NCBI RefSeq assembly: GCF_020734085.1
Contig: NZ_JAJAGH010000008.1
Span: 5,743 to 69,742 of the forward strand
Direction: 5' to 3'
DNA from: Hominibacterium faecale
GTDB taxonomy: Bacteria; Bacillota; Clostridia; Peptostreptococcales; Anaerovoracaceae
DNA: 64,000 bases
Shown here: positions 19,362 to 28,858 of the stretch, in pieces
Numbering within the stretch: the stretch's first letter is position 1
How the letters are laid out: each line of letters starts with the position of its first letter
The notes under the pieces: model-generated
The model's database searches: none
What the model was told of the DNA's origin: nothing
Seen by the model: the letters and a program-made list of their open reading frames with translations, nothing else
Translations under genes and position numbers: made by a program

Positions 19362-20216
19362 ATGGGACGGATGAGTCAGTTTGATACACAAGAAGAACAG
19401 CTGGAATATCTGGTAAGGGAGCTGAAAAGAGACAGCGGCCGCTATAAGGATTTGGTCATTCCCAAAGGGAAACTCGAAAAAAGAAGGCTGATGCGATCCT
19501 TTATGAATATCCGTATGCCGGAACCGATGGATGAGGATTTTCTGAAAGTCCAAGATCAGTTCCTACAGCAGGAGGCCCGGGAAAAGGGCATTGTCTCTAT
19601 TTCACGCCTTGCATCTGTGAAAGAGGAATTGGGGTGCGCTATGGAACATGGGGAGCGGATGGTTCTTTGGCGGGGAGATATCACTACCCTGGCGGCGGAT
19701 GCCATTGTCAATGCGGCCAATTCACAGCTTCTGGGATGTTTTGTACCCTGTCACGGATGCATCGATAACGCAATTCACTCGGCTGCGGGGGTGCAGCTGC
19801 GGGAGGAATGCAGCAGGATCATGAAAGCCCAGGGACATAGCGAACCTGCGGGAACTGCCAAGATCACCAGCGGATATAACCTTCCCTGCAGATATGTGAT
19901 TCATACAGTAGGTCCTATCGTTGCAGATACGTTGACAGATGAGGACTGCCGGCTGCTGGCCGGCTGCTATGAATCCTGCCTTCGATTGGCGGCAGAAAAG
20001 GGACTAAAGAGCATCGCCTTTTGCTGTATTTCCACCGGAGAATTCCACTTTCCCCAGGAGATTGCTGCAGAGATCGCAGTGAAAACTGTCCGCGATTTTC
20101 TGAGGGAAAACGGGGAGCTGGATACGGTGATTTTCAATGTATTCAAAGAAAGGGACTATGAGATTTACCGGGAAATTTTCTGCGGCGGCTCGTCATCTGT
20201 AAGCTGCTCTTTATAA
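19362..20216 (+). CDS. macro-domain protein (ADP-ribose-processing hydrolase) with N-terminal extension
   Basis: GDITTLAADAIVNAANSQLLG and IHTVGP macro motifs. About 95-aa N-terminal extension. Start ambiguous (TTG 19350, ATG 19362 or 19371). Overlaps the sirtuin stop. Confidence 0.7.
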   Translation: MGRMSQFDTQEEQLEYLVRELKRDSGRYKDLVIPKGKLEKRRLMRSFMNIRMPEPMDEDFLKVQDQFLQQEAREKGIVSISRLASVKEELGCAMEHGERMVLWRGDITTLAADAIVNAANSQLLGCFVPCHGCIDNAIHSAAGVQLREECSRIMKAQGHSEPAGTAKITSGYNLPCRYVIHTVGPIVADTLTDEDCRLLAGCYESCLRLAAEKGLKSIAFCCISTGEFHFPQEIAAEIAVKTVRDFLRENGELDTVIFNVFKERDYEIYREIFCGGSSSVSCSL

Positions 20217-20515
20217 GCGGTTCCCCAATCGATCATGGATTTTAGGACTGGCTGCAGGCTGAGTCCTGTTTCGGTAAGAGAATATTCCACTCTGGGCGGA
20301 ACTTCCGGGTAAACGGTGCGATTTAGAAGACCGGCCTTTTCCATATCGCGAAGATTGCTGGTCAGCACCTTTTGGGTGATGCCGCTCAGGGAACGCATCA
20401 GTTCGTTGAAACGTTTCGTCCCGGAGAGCAGGTCGCGGATAATCAGGACCTTCCACTTGTTTCCAATGAGCTGAAGGGTCATTTCCACCGGACATTTTGG
20501 AATTTTTTCTTGCAT
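20165..20515 (-). CDS. HxlR-family transcriptional regulator
   Basis: CPVEMTLQLIGNKWK HxlR signature. The 3' end overlaps the macro gene by 52 nt (convergent). Confidence 0.75.
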   Translation of the reverse strand: MQEKIPKCPVEMTLQLIGNKWKVLIIRDLLSGTKRFNELMRSLSGITQKVLTSNLRDMEKAGLLNRTVYPEVPPRVEYSLTETGLSLQPVLKSMIDWGTAYKEQLTDDEPPQKISR

Positions 20516-20604
20516 GTGGATCGGCTCCTTTCTATAAACAGGTTGTATTACGGCAGATAAACTAATTCCTATTATAATAAAAGAAAAAGAAGAGGTAAAG
20601 GATA

Positions 20605-21213
20605 ATGAATGAGAAAGCGAGAAAATATGTGGATTTGTTTCGTCAGGTCAAGATCGCATCGGCGGCCACTGTGGATGAAAAGGGGCGTCCCCAGAGCAGG
20701 ATTATCAATGTGATGATCGCTGCAGACGAAGGCATGTATATCGTAACTTCCAAAGGCAAGCCCTTTTACAAACAGCTGATTGATACGGGACGGGTCGCCC
20801 TCAGCGCCATGTGTCCGGATTGTCAATCGCTGAAATTCAGCGGCAAGGTGCGGCAAGTGGACAAACAATGGGTAGACCGGGTCTTTGAAGCCAATCCGGG
20901 GATGAACGAGGTATATCCCGGCAAGACGAGGGATGCTTTGGAGGCTTTTCTGATTTATGAAGGCAGCGGCGAATGGTTCGATCTTCTCAGCTATCCTATC
21001 AATCGGGAGACCTTTGCATACAACACAGAGGAAGAAGCGGCCGGGTTTGAGATTACGGACGATTGCATCGGATGCGGGCTTTGTCTTCCGGTTTGTCCTC
21101 AAAAATGTATTGTGAAGGGACAAGCCTATGGTATAATGAAGAGTCATTGCCTGCAATGCGGCGCATGTCTGGCGGCGTGCCCGCAGGGAGCGATTCGCAG
21201 GCTGCATCCATGA
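20605..21213 (+). CDS. PNPOx-like FMN-binding domain fused to a 2x[4Fe-4S] ferredoxin domain
   Basis: N-terminal pyridoxamine-phosphate-oxidase-like split barrel. C-terminal CIGCGLCLPVCP and CLQCGACLAACP motifs. Confidence 0.6.
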   Translation: MNEKARKYVDLFRQVKIASAATVDEKGRPQSRIINVMIAADEGMYIVTSKGKPFYKQLIDTGRVALSAMCPDCQSLKFSGKVRQVDKQWVDRVFEANPGMNEVYPGKTRDALEAFLIYEGSGEWFDLLSYPINRETFAYNTEEEAAGFEITDDCIGCGLCLPVCPQKCIVKGQAYGIMKSHCLQCGACLAACPQGAIRRLHP

Positions 21214-21229
21214 TAAGGAGGAGCGCGCT

Positions 21230-21874
21230 TTGGAGTTTGTGAAAGAAGTTATCAGCCTGTATATTGAAAGAAAAGATTGGTTTCTCCAGCTGATCGCAGA
21301 GCATATTGGTTTATCTTTGATCGCCATTGTCTTTGCAGGGGTGATCGGTCTGCTGCTGGGGATTTGGATTGCGGAGCACGAGAAGGCGGCGCCGCCTGTT
21401 TTGGGCATTGCCAATGTTTTTTACACTATCCCTTCCATCTCCCTTTTGGGAATGTTGATTCCCCTATTAGGGATCGGAAACACAACGGCGGTGGTGGCAC
21501 TGATCATTTACGGAATCATGCCCATGGTGCGAAATACTTATGCGGGCATCAAGGGTGTGAGTGAGGATGTGGTCACGGCGGCCCGGGGCATGGGCAGCAC
21601 CAACTTTCAGATTATGACCAGAATCAAGCTGCCTCTGGCGCTGGGGGTCATTATTGCCGGTCTGCGCAATATGGTGGTGATGACTATATCCGTAGCAGCC
21701 ATCGCCTCCTTCATCGGAGCGGGCGGTCTGGGGGTAGCCATTTATCGGGGCATTACCATCTACGACACAGCCCTGACCTTTGGCGGCAGCTTCTTGATCG
21801 CACTGATCGCGCTGATCAGCGACCTTCTTTTGGGGCATATGGAAAAACGTATTAAGAAAAAGAGAGGGAACTAA
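21230..21874 (+). CDS. glycine betaine/choline-type ABC transporter permease
   Basis: EAA loop (ARGMGSTNFQIMTRIKLPLA). 5-6 TM. Confidence 0.75.
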   Translation: MEFVKEVISLYIERKDWFLQLIAEHIGLSLIAIVFAGVIGLLLGIWIAEHEKAAPPVLGIANVFYTIPSISLLGMLIPLLGIGNTTAVVALIIYGIMPMVRNTYAGIKGVSEDVVTAARGMGSTNFQIMTRIKLPLALGVIIAGLRNMVVMTISVAAIASFIGAGGLGVAIYRGITIYDTALTFGGSFLIALIALISDLLLGHMEKRIKKKRGN

Positions 21875-21875
21875 A

Positions 21876-22790
21876 ATGAGAACATGGAAGAAAATCACAG
21901 CATTTATACTGGTATTATTGATGACGCTGGCTTTCGCAGGCTGCGGCAGCGGCGGCGGGGCGGACAGCGAGCCTATCAAGATCGCCACCAAACCGATGAC
22001 CGAGCAGTACATTTTGGGTGAAATGATCAAGCAGCTGATCGAAAGCAAAACCGATTATAAAGCGGAGATCACTAAAGGCGTTGGCGGCGGCACCAGCAAC
22101 ATTCAGCCGGCTATGGAAAAAGGGGATTTTGATCTTTATCCGGAATATACTTCTTCCGGATGGTCCATGGTGCTGGGCCATGAGTCCAAAGGTGTCAGCG
22201 ATGATGAGATGCTGAAAAAACTCCGGGAAGAATACCATGAAAACTACGGCATGACCTGGACCAATCTTTACGGCTTTAATAATACCTTTGCCGTAGCGGT
22301 GCGCAAGGAGGTTGCTGACAAGTATAAGCTGGAAACTTGCTCCGATCTAACCAAAGTGGCGGATAAGCTGGTGTTCGGCGGCAACCCGGATTATTTTGAA
22401 AAAGAAGAAGGCTTCGATGCGCTGAAGGCGGCGTATCAGTACGAGTTCAAACAGGTGAAGGACGTGGATATCGGCCTTAAATACGAAGCTATGAAAAAAG
22501 GCGATATCGATGCGACCAATGCTTTTACTACCGACGCACAGCTGAGCAAAGATTTCGTGAAAGTGCTGAAGGATGACAAGCATCTCCAGTATAACTACTA
22601 TTGTGCTACCGTCGTGCGGGAGGATGCTTTGGAAAAATATCCTGACCTGGAAAAGACGCTGGCTCTGATGGACAATCTTCTGACCGATCAGGAAATGGCG
22701 GAGCTGAATTATCAGGTGGAGATTGATGGCAAAAATGAAGGGGATGTGGCTAAGGCATTCCTGGTTTCTAAGGGTTTGATCGAGGAGTAA
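21876..22790 (+). CDS. osmoprotectant (OpuC-like) substrate-binding lipoprotein
   Basis: Lipobox LAFAGCGS. OpuAC-like fold motifs. Confidence 0.7.
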   Translation: MRTWKKITAFILVLLMTLAFAGCGSGGGADSEPIKIATKPMTEQYILGEMIKQLIESKTDYKAEITKGVGGGTSNIQPAMEKGDFDLYPEYTSSGWSMVLGHESKGVSDDEMLKKLREEYHENYGMTWTNLYGFNNTFAVAVRKEVADKYKLETCSDLTKVADKLVFGGNPDYFEKEEGFDALKAAYQYEFKQVKDVDIGLKYEAMKKGDIDATNAFTTDAQLSKDFVKVLKDDKHLQYNYYCATVVREDALEKYPDLEKTLALMDNLLTDQEMAELNYQVEIDGKNEGDVAKAFLVSKGLIEE

Positions 22791-22794
22791 GCTG

Positions 22795-23520
22795 ATGGAT
22801 ATGATCCGATTAGAGCATCTGTCAAAGAGCTTCGGCGGCCGGAAAATCCTTGATGATTTTTCCCTTGCCGTCAAGGAAGGGGAGTTTTTGACGGTGATCG
22901 GCCGCTCTGGATGCGGCAAGACGACCATGCTGAAGATGATCAATGGCTTGCATCAGCCGGACAGCGGCAAGGTCTTCGTCCAGGGACAGGATATCGGCGA
23001 GACGGATATTATTGAGCTGCGGCGGAGCATCGGCTATGTGATTCAGAATAAGGGCCTTTTCCCCCATATGACGGTGGAAAAGAACATCACCTATGTGCCG
23101 GTGATCAGCGGCAGGAAAAACAAGGCGGAAAATCTTCAGCTGGCCCGCCGCCTGATCGAGACTGTCGGTTTGGAGGAGGATATGCTGGAGCGCTATCCGT
23201 CCGAGCTTTCCGGCGGCCAGCAGCAGCGGGTGGGCATCGCAAGGGCCCTGGCATCTGACGCCAGGATTCTGCTCATGGACGAGCCTTTTGGGGCGCTGGA
23301 TGAAATCACCAAGCGGGCCATGCAGGATGAAATTTTATCGCTGCATCGCAGTTTGGGGATTACCATTGTCTTTATCACCCATGATATCCGTGAGGCCATG
23401 AAGCTGGGGGATCGGGTTCTGGTCATGGAGCAGGGGAAAATTGTTCAGCTGGATGAACCGCAGCAGATTCAGGAACATCCTGCCGATTCTTTTGTGGCTC
23501 AGCTGATCGGGGCTGTGTAG
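22795..23520 (+). CDS. ABC transporter ATP-binding protein
   Basis: Walker A GRSGCGKTT, signature LSGGQQQR, Walker B LLMDEP. Confidence 0.85.
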   Translation: MDMIRLEHLSKSFGGRKILDDFSLAVKEGEFLTVIGRSGCGKTTMLKMINGLHQPDSGKVFVQGQDIGETDIIELRRSIGYVIQNKGLFPHMTVEKNITYVPVISGRKNKAENLQLARRLIETVGLEEDMLERYPSELSGGQQQRVGIARALASDARILLMDEPFGALDEITKRAMQDEILSLHRSLGITIVFITHDIREAMKLGDRVLVMEQGKIVQLDEPQQIQEHPADSFVAQLIGAV

Positions 23521-23884
23521 GAAAGGGCGGGAGCCAGCCGGTTGAGCGTTTTATCGAAGCCTGGGCGCTGGGGGAAAGGGCCGGGCTGTTGGTTTGGCGT
23601 GAAGGCGGAAAAAAGGTGGGGTTCATTGAGAATAATGTGGGCCCCTCCAAAAAAGGGGAAGTGTAGGGTAAAAAATGCGTAGATTTTTTGGAATTTACGC
23701 TTTTTTTAACGATTGAGGCTCCTCAAATTTGCTTGTTTGGCGTCAGGAGCCCTTTTTCCCAATATGAAGACCCGCAAACCCACAACTTTGCGTAAATATC
23801 ACGAAAATTTTTTGAAATTTTCCCGATGACGAGCCCGGAGGAGGTAAAATCTATGGGATGCCCAGTCCGGCGGTAAACATAGAA

Positions 23885-23975
23885 AAGGGGCGGCTGCATG
23901 AAGCAATTTGCTTTTCATACAGCCGCCCCTTTTTCATAACACAGGAAATATCGGTTGCGTAGCATTTCCTGTGTT
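23885..23975. terminator. tandem hairpins forming a bidirectional terminator between convergent ABC operons
   Basis: ggggcggct...agccgcccc + T5 (23887-23934), then cacaggaaat...atttcctgtg (23940-23973). Confidence 0.55.
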
Positions 23976-24039
23976 TCAAAAAAGTTCACCTTGTGAAAGT
24001 GAGTGCGAAGCGCGATTAACGTCTCCCAAGAAAACTTTT

Positions 24040-24804
24040 TTATTTCAGCATGGAGCTGAGAAAATCTTTTAAACGTTCGCTCTTTGGATTTTTAAAGATC
24101 TCTTCTGGCGTTCCTTGTTCCACGATTTTGCCCTGATCCATGAATACCACCCGATCGGCAACCTCTCTGGCAAAGCCCATTTCGTGGGTAACGACAACCA
24201 TGGTGATCCGTTCTTCTGCCAGCTTTTTAATGACGTTGAGTACCTCGCCGGTGATTTCCGGATCCAGGGCTGAGGTTGGCTCGTCGAAGAGCATGATCTC
24301 CGGGTTCATGGCCAGTCCTCTGGCAATGGCGATTCGCTGCTTTTGTCCGCCGGACAACTGGGCCGTATAGACACCGGCTTTGGTTTCCAATCCTACCAGC
24401 TTGAGCAGATCGTGTCCCCGGGCCTCCGCTTTCTTTTTATCCTCTTTTTTCACTTTGATCGGCGCATAACAGATGTTTTGCAGACAGGTCATATGAGGAA
24501 AAAGGTTGAAATGCTGAAACACCATTCCCGTTTCCGCGCAGATGCGGCGCAGTTCCTTATCGGGAATATACTCGGCCTTGCCGCTCTCAGGCGTGTCCAC
24601 GAAGGTTTCTCCGTTGAGGGTGATGGTGCCGGAGGTAATGCGATTCAGGCAGTTGACGCACCGCAACAAGGTGCTTTTGCCAGATCCGGAAGGCCCGATA
24701 ATGGCCACCGTTTCGCCTTTGGCAATGGAAAAATCAACATGATCCAGCGCCCGGCAGTTGGCAAAATCCTTTACGATCTGTTTCATTTCTAATATCTGTT
24801 CCAT
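24040..24804 (-). CDS. polar amino acid ABC transporter ATP-binding protein
   Basis: Start moved to MEQILEMK (ATG immediately after the permease stop, AGGAGG RBS). Walker [18 protein letters not shown] signature. Confidence 0.85.
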   Translation of the reverse strand: MEQILEMKQIVKDFANCRALDHVDFSIAKGETVAIIGPSGSGKSTLLRCVNCLNRITSGTITLNGETFVDTPESGKAEYIPDKELRRICAETGMVFQHFNLFPHMTCLQNICYAPIKVKKEDKKKAEARGHDLLKLVGLETKAGVYTAQLSGGQKQRIAIARGLAMNPEIMLFDEPTSALDPEITGEVLNVIKKLAEERITMVVVTHEMGFAREVADRVVFMDQGKIVEQGTPEEIFKNPKSERLKDFLSSMLK

Positions 24805-24805
24805 G

Positions 24806-25498
24806 TTACCATTCCTCCTTCGCGTCATAGACTGAGAACCTTCTTTCCAGATAATTGGACAGAAGGGTGAGCAGGAAGGTGAAGATCAGATAGATGATGG
24901 CCGCCAGCAAAAAGGCCAACGGGTTTACATCCCGATTTACCGCCGAAGAGGAAGCTTTCATCAATTCCAGTACGCCGATGGTGGAAACCAGGGCCGTATC
25001 TTTGATGAGTATGATGGCTTCGTTGGAAACCGGCGGCAGCACGCATTTCATGGTCTGAGGCAAAATGATGCCAAAGGTGGTCTGGGTCCTGGAAAGGCCC
25101 AGCGAATGGGCGGCCTCATACTGTCCCTTGTCGATGCTGTTGATCCCCCCGCGATAGATTTCAGCAAAGTAAGCGGCGTAGTTGAGTACGAAGGTCAAGG
25201 TTGCCGTTGTAAATGCCGAGAACCGAATGTCAAAAGCAATGGGGAGAAAAAAGTAAAAGAAGAACAGCTGCAACAGTAGAGGAGTGCCTCTGAATATCCA
25301 AATATATAGTTTTGCAAGTACCCGGAAAATCCCGATGCGGCTGTTGCTGCCCAGTGCGAAGGGCAGTCCCAGCGGCAATGAGAGAACCAGGGTCACAACA
25401 AATAGTTTTAGCGAACACCAGGCTCCTGTCAGGAGCGAGGGCATCAGGACCACCATATATTCCAGGGTGTCCTGAAGACTTGCGATAAAATCACTCAT
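24806..25498 (-). CDS. polar amino acid ABC transporter permease
   Basis: HisM/GlnP-like EAA motif. 5 TM. Confidence 0.8.
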   Translation of the reverse strand: MSDFIASLQDTLEYMVVLMPSLLTGAWCSLKLFVVTLVLSLPLGLPFALGSNSRIGIFRVLAKLYIWIFRGTPLLLQLFFFYFFLPIAFDIRFSAFTTATLTFVLNYAAYFAEIYRGGINSIDKGQYEAAHSLGLSRTQTTFGIILPQTMKCVLPPVSNEAIILIKDTALVSTIGVLELMKASSSAVNRDVNPLAFLLAAIIYLIFTFLLTLLSNYLERRFSVYDAKEEW

Positions 25499-25525
25499 AG
25501 AAGCAACTCCTCCAAGTATGTTTAT

Positions 25526-26362
25526 TTATTTATCCAGTTCTTCAAAAATTACGATGTTCTTTCCAAACCATTTATCGCTGATCTTTTCAGCTTCACCGCT
25601 GTCGATGGTGGCTTTGATGGCTTCGTTTACTTTGGCTGTCAAAGCTTTGTCATCTTTTCTAAAGCCGATGGCATAGAAGTCATCGCCGAAGTTAAAGTCG
25701 CATACGGTCATTTTCTTGTCCAATTTGGAGTTCTTGTATTCTCCCAGTACCTGGTCAACGACGATGCAGTCAACTCTGCCGGCCTGCATGTCCATCAGCG
25801 CTTCATCATATGTTTTGTATTCGGTGATGTTGTCTTTGAATGAATCATAGGCTTCGTTCTTTTTCATGGTTTCCAGAGCAGCAGAATCTACCTGGGTTCC
25901 GATTTTGTATTTTGCCATATCTTCAGCAGCTGCCACTTTTACATCCTTCTCCAGTGTCATAACGATGATCTTGTTGTTGAGATATTTGTTGGACAGGGAC
26001 ATGCCTTCTATTCTTTCAGGAGTGATGGACATGCCGTTCCAGATGCAGTCGATGTTTTTGGATGTCAGTTCCATGTCTTTGGAATCCCAGTTGATGGGCT
26101 GGAATTTGACCTTCACGCCCAGTTCTTTGCAGACAGCTGTCGCCAGGTCGATATCGAATCCAACCAGATTGTTGCTTTCATCGCGGAAGCCCATTGGAGC
26201 GAAGGTATCGTCCAGGCCTACGATCAGTTCACCTTTTTCCTGTACATATTCCCAAGAAGAATCGTCAGCAGTTTCCTTGTCGCTGCCGCCGCATCCGGTG
26301 AGAGCCAGTGAGCCGACAACCAGTACCAGCACAGCTGCCAGTAATAATAGTTTCTTTTTCAT
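25526..26362 (-). CDS. amino acid ABC transporter substrate-binding lipoprotein
   Basis: Lipobox LALTGCGGS. PBP type-2 fold motifs. Confidence 0.8.
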   Translation of the reverse strand: MKKKLLLLAAVLVLVVGSLALTGCGGSDKETADDSSWEYVQEKGELIVGLDDTFAPMGFRDESNNLVGFDIDLATAVCKELGVKVKFQPINWDSKDMELTSKNIDCIWNGMSITPERIEGMSLSNKYLNNKIIVMTLEKDVKVAAAEDMAKYKIGTQVDSAALETMKKNEAYDSFKDNITEYKTYDEALMDMQAGRVDCIVVDQVLGEYKNSKLDKKMTVCDFNFGDDFYAIGFRKDDKALTAKVNEAIKATIDSGEAEKISDKWFGKNIVIFEELDK

Positions 26363-26951
26363 GATGTGTTTCCTCCATAACTTAATGAGTAATAAGTAAG
26401 AATAAGTTCGCTTTATTCCTATGCGACATCTTTGCGTTATTGGAATAAAGCGATACTATATTAAAAATGGTACCATAAATATGGACGAAAATCAATGGTT
26501 TTTGGGAAAGGTTGTGAAGGTTGGCGGCTGGGGTGAGTTGATGGGCTTGCAGGGTTCGCCTGTGAAGGAGGCAGACTCCATGGCGACTTTTATACTGCCG
26601 CTTCACTGCTCTGCGAACTTGGGTGCTTTGGCCTACACTATAATTTTGAGTTGGTGATGGGTTGTATCAGGTCATTGGGAGTCGGCATACGGAAGGAAAT
26701 ATCAAAAAGTGAATTTTTTTAAGAAAGCACGACAGTCTGGCAGGCTTGTTATCCTGATATGAGAAGCAGCTTCAAGCGAAACTATCAGGATACGAGATCG
26801 CACATATCAATCTTGATACTTTTTGCCGCGCAGCCTGAAATATAACCAATGCAAAACAAAAGGACGGAGAAATCCAGCTATACATATAACAGCACAGATG
26901 ATAAAATAACGGTAACGGAGGAAAAGCCAAATCTGAAGTATGGAGGAACGA

Positions 26952-27515
26952 ATGTATACAACAAAACGACACTGTATGTCAGTTGGGATAGAGGAATATC
27001 TGGATGGTTACGTCAACATAGAGGAGTTTCTTACGTATTGCCAAACCTGTCCGAACTACCAGACATTCTGGGCATGCCCGCCCTTTGATTTCTCCCCGAT
27101 CGATTATTGGAAACAGTTTGAAACCCTGGACCTTTATGCGGAAGAAATTATCTTTGATGAAGCCCATGCAGGAAAGAAATTTGATCAGGAGGAAATGGAC
27201 CGTATCATCGACGATTCTCTCAAACAGGTCAAAAAGCAGTTGACAGAGGAGCTTTATGAGATTGAGCAGCAGACTCCGGGAAGCGTCAGCCTCTCCGCCG
27301 GCAGCTGTGAGCTTTGCCAGGACGATTGCACCAGAAAAGATAAAGAGGCTTGCAGGTTTCCCGAAAAAATGCGATACTCCATTGAAGCATTGGGAGGCAA
27401 TGTAGGACTGACCATTAACAAACTCATGGGTATAGAGCTGGAGTGGATCCGGGAAGGCGTACTTCCGGGTCGCTTTGTACTGGTCTGCGGGCTTTTGAAA
27501 AAGCCTCAGATTTAG
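26952..27515 (+). CDS. DUF2284-family predicted metal-binding protein
   Basis: CQTCPNYQTFWACPP motif. Start at 26952 is preferred (GGAGG 5 nt upstream) over 26940. Confidence 0.5.
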   Translation: MYTTKRHCMSVGIEEYLDGYVNIEEFLTYCQTCPNYQTFWACPPFDFSPIDYWKQFETLDLYAEEIIFDEAHAGKKFDQEEMDRIIDDSLKQVKKQLTEELYEIEQQTPGSVSLSAGSCELCQDDCTRKDKEACRFPEKMRYSIEALGGNVGLTINKLMGIELEWIREGVLPGRFVLVCGLLKKPQI

Positions 27516-27581
27516 AATGAACCGAAACCCAAAATGCAGCCATTTGAAAAGATTCTAAGTAATTAAGGAGGTATCGATCTT

Positions 27582-27983
27582 ATGAATAAAAACAACATCC
27601 CTTCCATGGACGCTTGGTTAAAGGAAGCCAAGCAGCACGAAAGCGCTAAAAAAATCGGCATGTACCTGACGCACAACGGCGTTGTCCGGGAAAGCGCCAA
27701 GGCAAAAGTGCGGCAGGGCGCAGAGAATACCCGGCCGGTTGTGGGTATGGAATTTTCCTATGATCAGGAAAAAGTAAACGCCATCATTGACGAAACTTAT
27801 AAGATGGACGGCATCTATTATATCAGAACCTGGCTGGCACAGGGCCAGCTGCAGGTGGGGGACGATATCATGTACGTACTCATCGGCGGAGACATCCGGC
27901 CGCATATCATCGAGGCGCTGCAATATCTGGTGGGCCGTATCAAGAACGAGTGCGTAGTGGAAACGGAACTTTACGGGGATTGA
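27582..27983 (+). CDS. MoaE-like protein (molybdopterin synthase catalytic-subunit fold)
   Basis: Aligns by eye to E. coli MoaE blocks (HNGVVRE ~ FTGKVRN; GQLQVGDDIMYVLIGGDIRPH ~ GELWPGDEIVFVGVTSAHR). No moaD or other moa genes nearby. Confidence 0.45.
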   Translation: MNKNNIPSMDAWLKEAKQHESAKKIGMYLTHNGVVRESAKAKVRQGAENTRPVVGMEFSYDQEKVNAIIDETYKMDGIYYIRTWLAQGQLQVGDDIMYVLIGGDIRPHIIEALQYLVGRIKNECVVETELYGD

Positions 27984-28774
27984 TGCGACCTATGGTTAAA
28001 AAACTGTGCGAACACTGCCTTGAAGATAATGACATTTATTTTGTAAAGACCGAACATGATAAGATTTTTATCAACGATAACTACCAGGGCCTTTTCGTAC
28101 TTGACATGAAATTCAACTGCATCGACCATATGCAAATGGACGACGAACTTTTTATATATGAAGGTTTTGTCCATGATGAAGAAGTCTTTTTGCATTGTGC
28201 GGAGAATAACTGCATCATATATGTTAGTTTTAAAAAGAGGTCAAAAAAGATCGTCAATTTGCCCAATGGTTTTATGACCTCTTTTAATGAGGTGGTGCGA
28301 TGGACAGACAAGCGTGTTGATTTGATTTGTGGAAACGGTCGTTTCTATCGAGTCGATTTTATGGATAATAAGATACACAAGGTGTCTTGCCCGGATAACA
28401 GCCTGCCTTACTATGAGGCCCTTTGCAAAGCAATGGAGCAAGGAGGGATTGACCATGTTATTAATTGGAAATCCGGTTATGGATACAAAAAACGATCAGA
28501 TCGATTCGACCTTTATTCCGTGAGAGACGGGTTTACAGGGGAATTAGATAAGAGCGCATATCACATCTATGAAAAAGACGGCGTGCTGGCAGGTGTCGGA
28601 GAAGAAAAGATAGAGGTCCTTTATAGAGCCCAGAAAACGGTTCTTACTCCAAAGCGCGGGTATTATTTCATTGGGTTTGATGGTACAACCGTTGATGAAG
28701 AAAAAATCTTAATCACGATCCAATCTGACAAAGAGAATTGTAAAAAGAACTGGATGATATTATATAAAATATAA
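27983..28774 (+). CDS. hypothetical protein (263 aa), AT-rich ORFan translationally coupled to the MoaE-like gene
   Basis: TGATG stop/start overlap with the upstream gene. Markedly lower GC than flanks. No recognisable motif. Confidence 0.45.
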   Translation: MRPMVKKLCEHCLEDNDIYFVKTEHDKIFINDNYQGLFVLDMKFNCIDHMQMDDELFIYEGFVHDEEVFLHCAENNCIIYVSFKKRSKKIVNLPNGFMTSFNEVVRWTDKRVDLICGNGRFYRVDFMDNKIHKVSCPDNSLPYYEALCKAMEQGGIDHVINWKSGYGYKKRSDRFDLYSVRDGFTGELDKSAYHIYEKDGVLAGVGEEKIEVLYRAQKTVLTPKRGYYFIGFDGTTVDEEKILITIQSDKENCKKNWMILYKI

Positions 28775-28858
28775 GAAGATGCCGTTTTCTCAGGGATCGC
28801 ACGGCCGCAACAACCACCAGAGCCCCCCCCGATCAGGAATTTACCCAGGAGCAGATCA

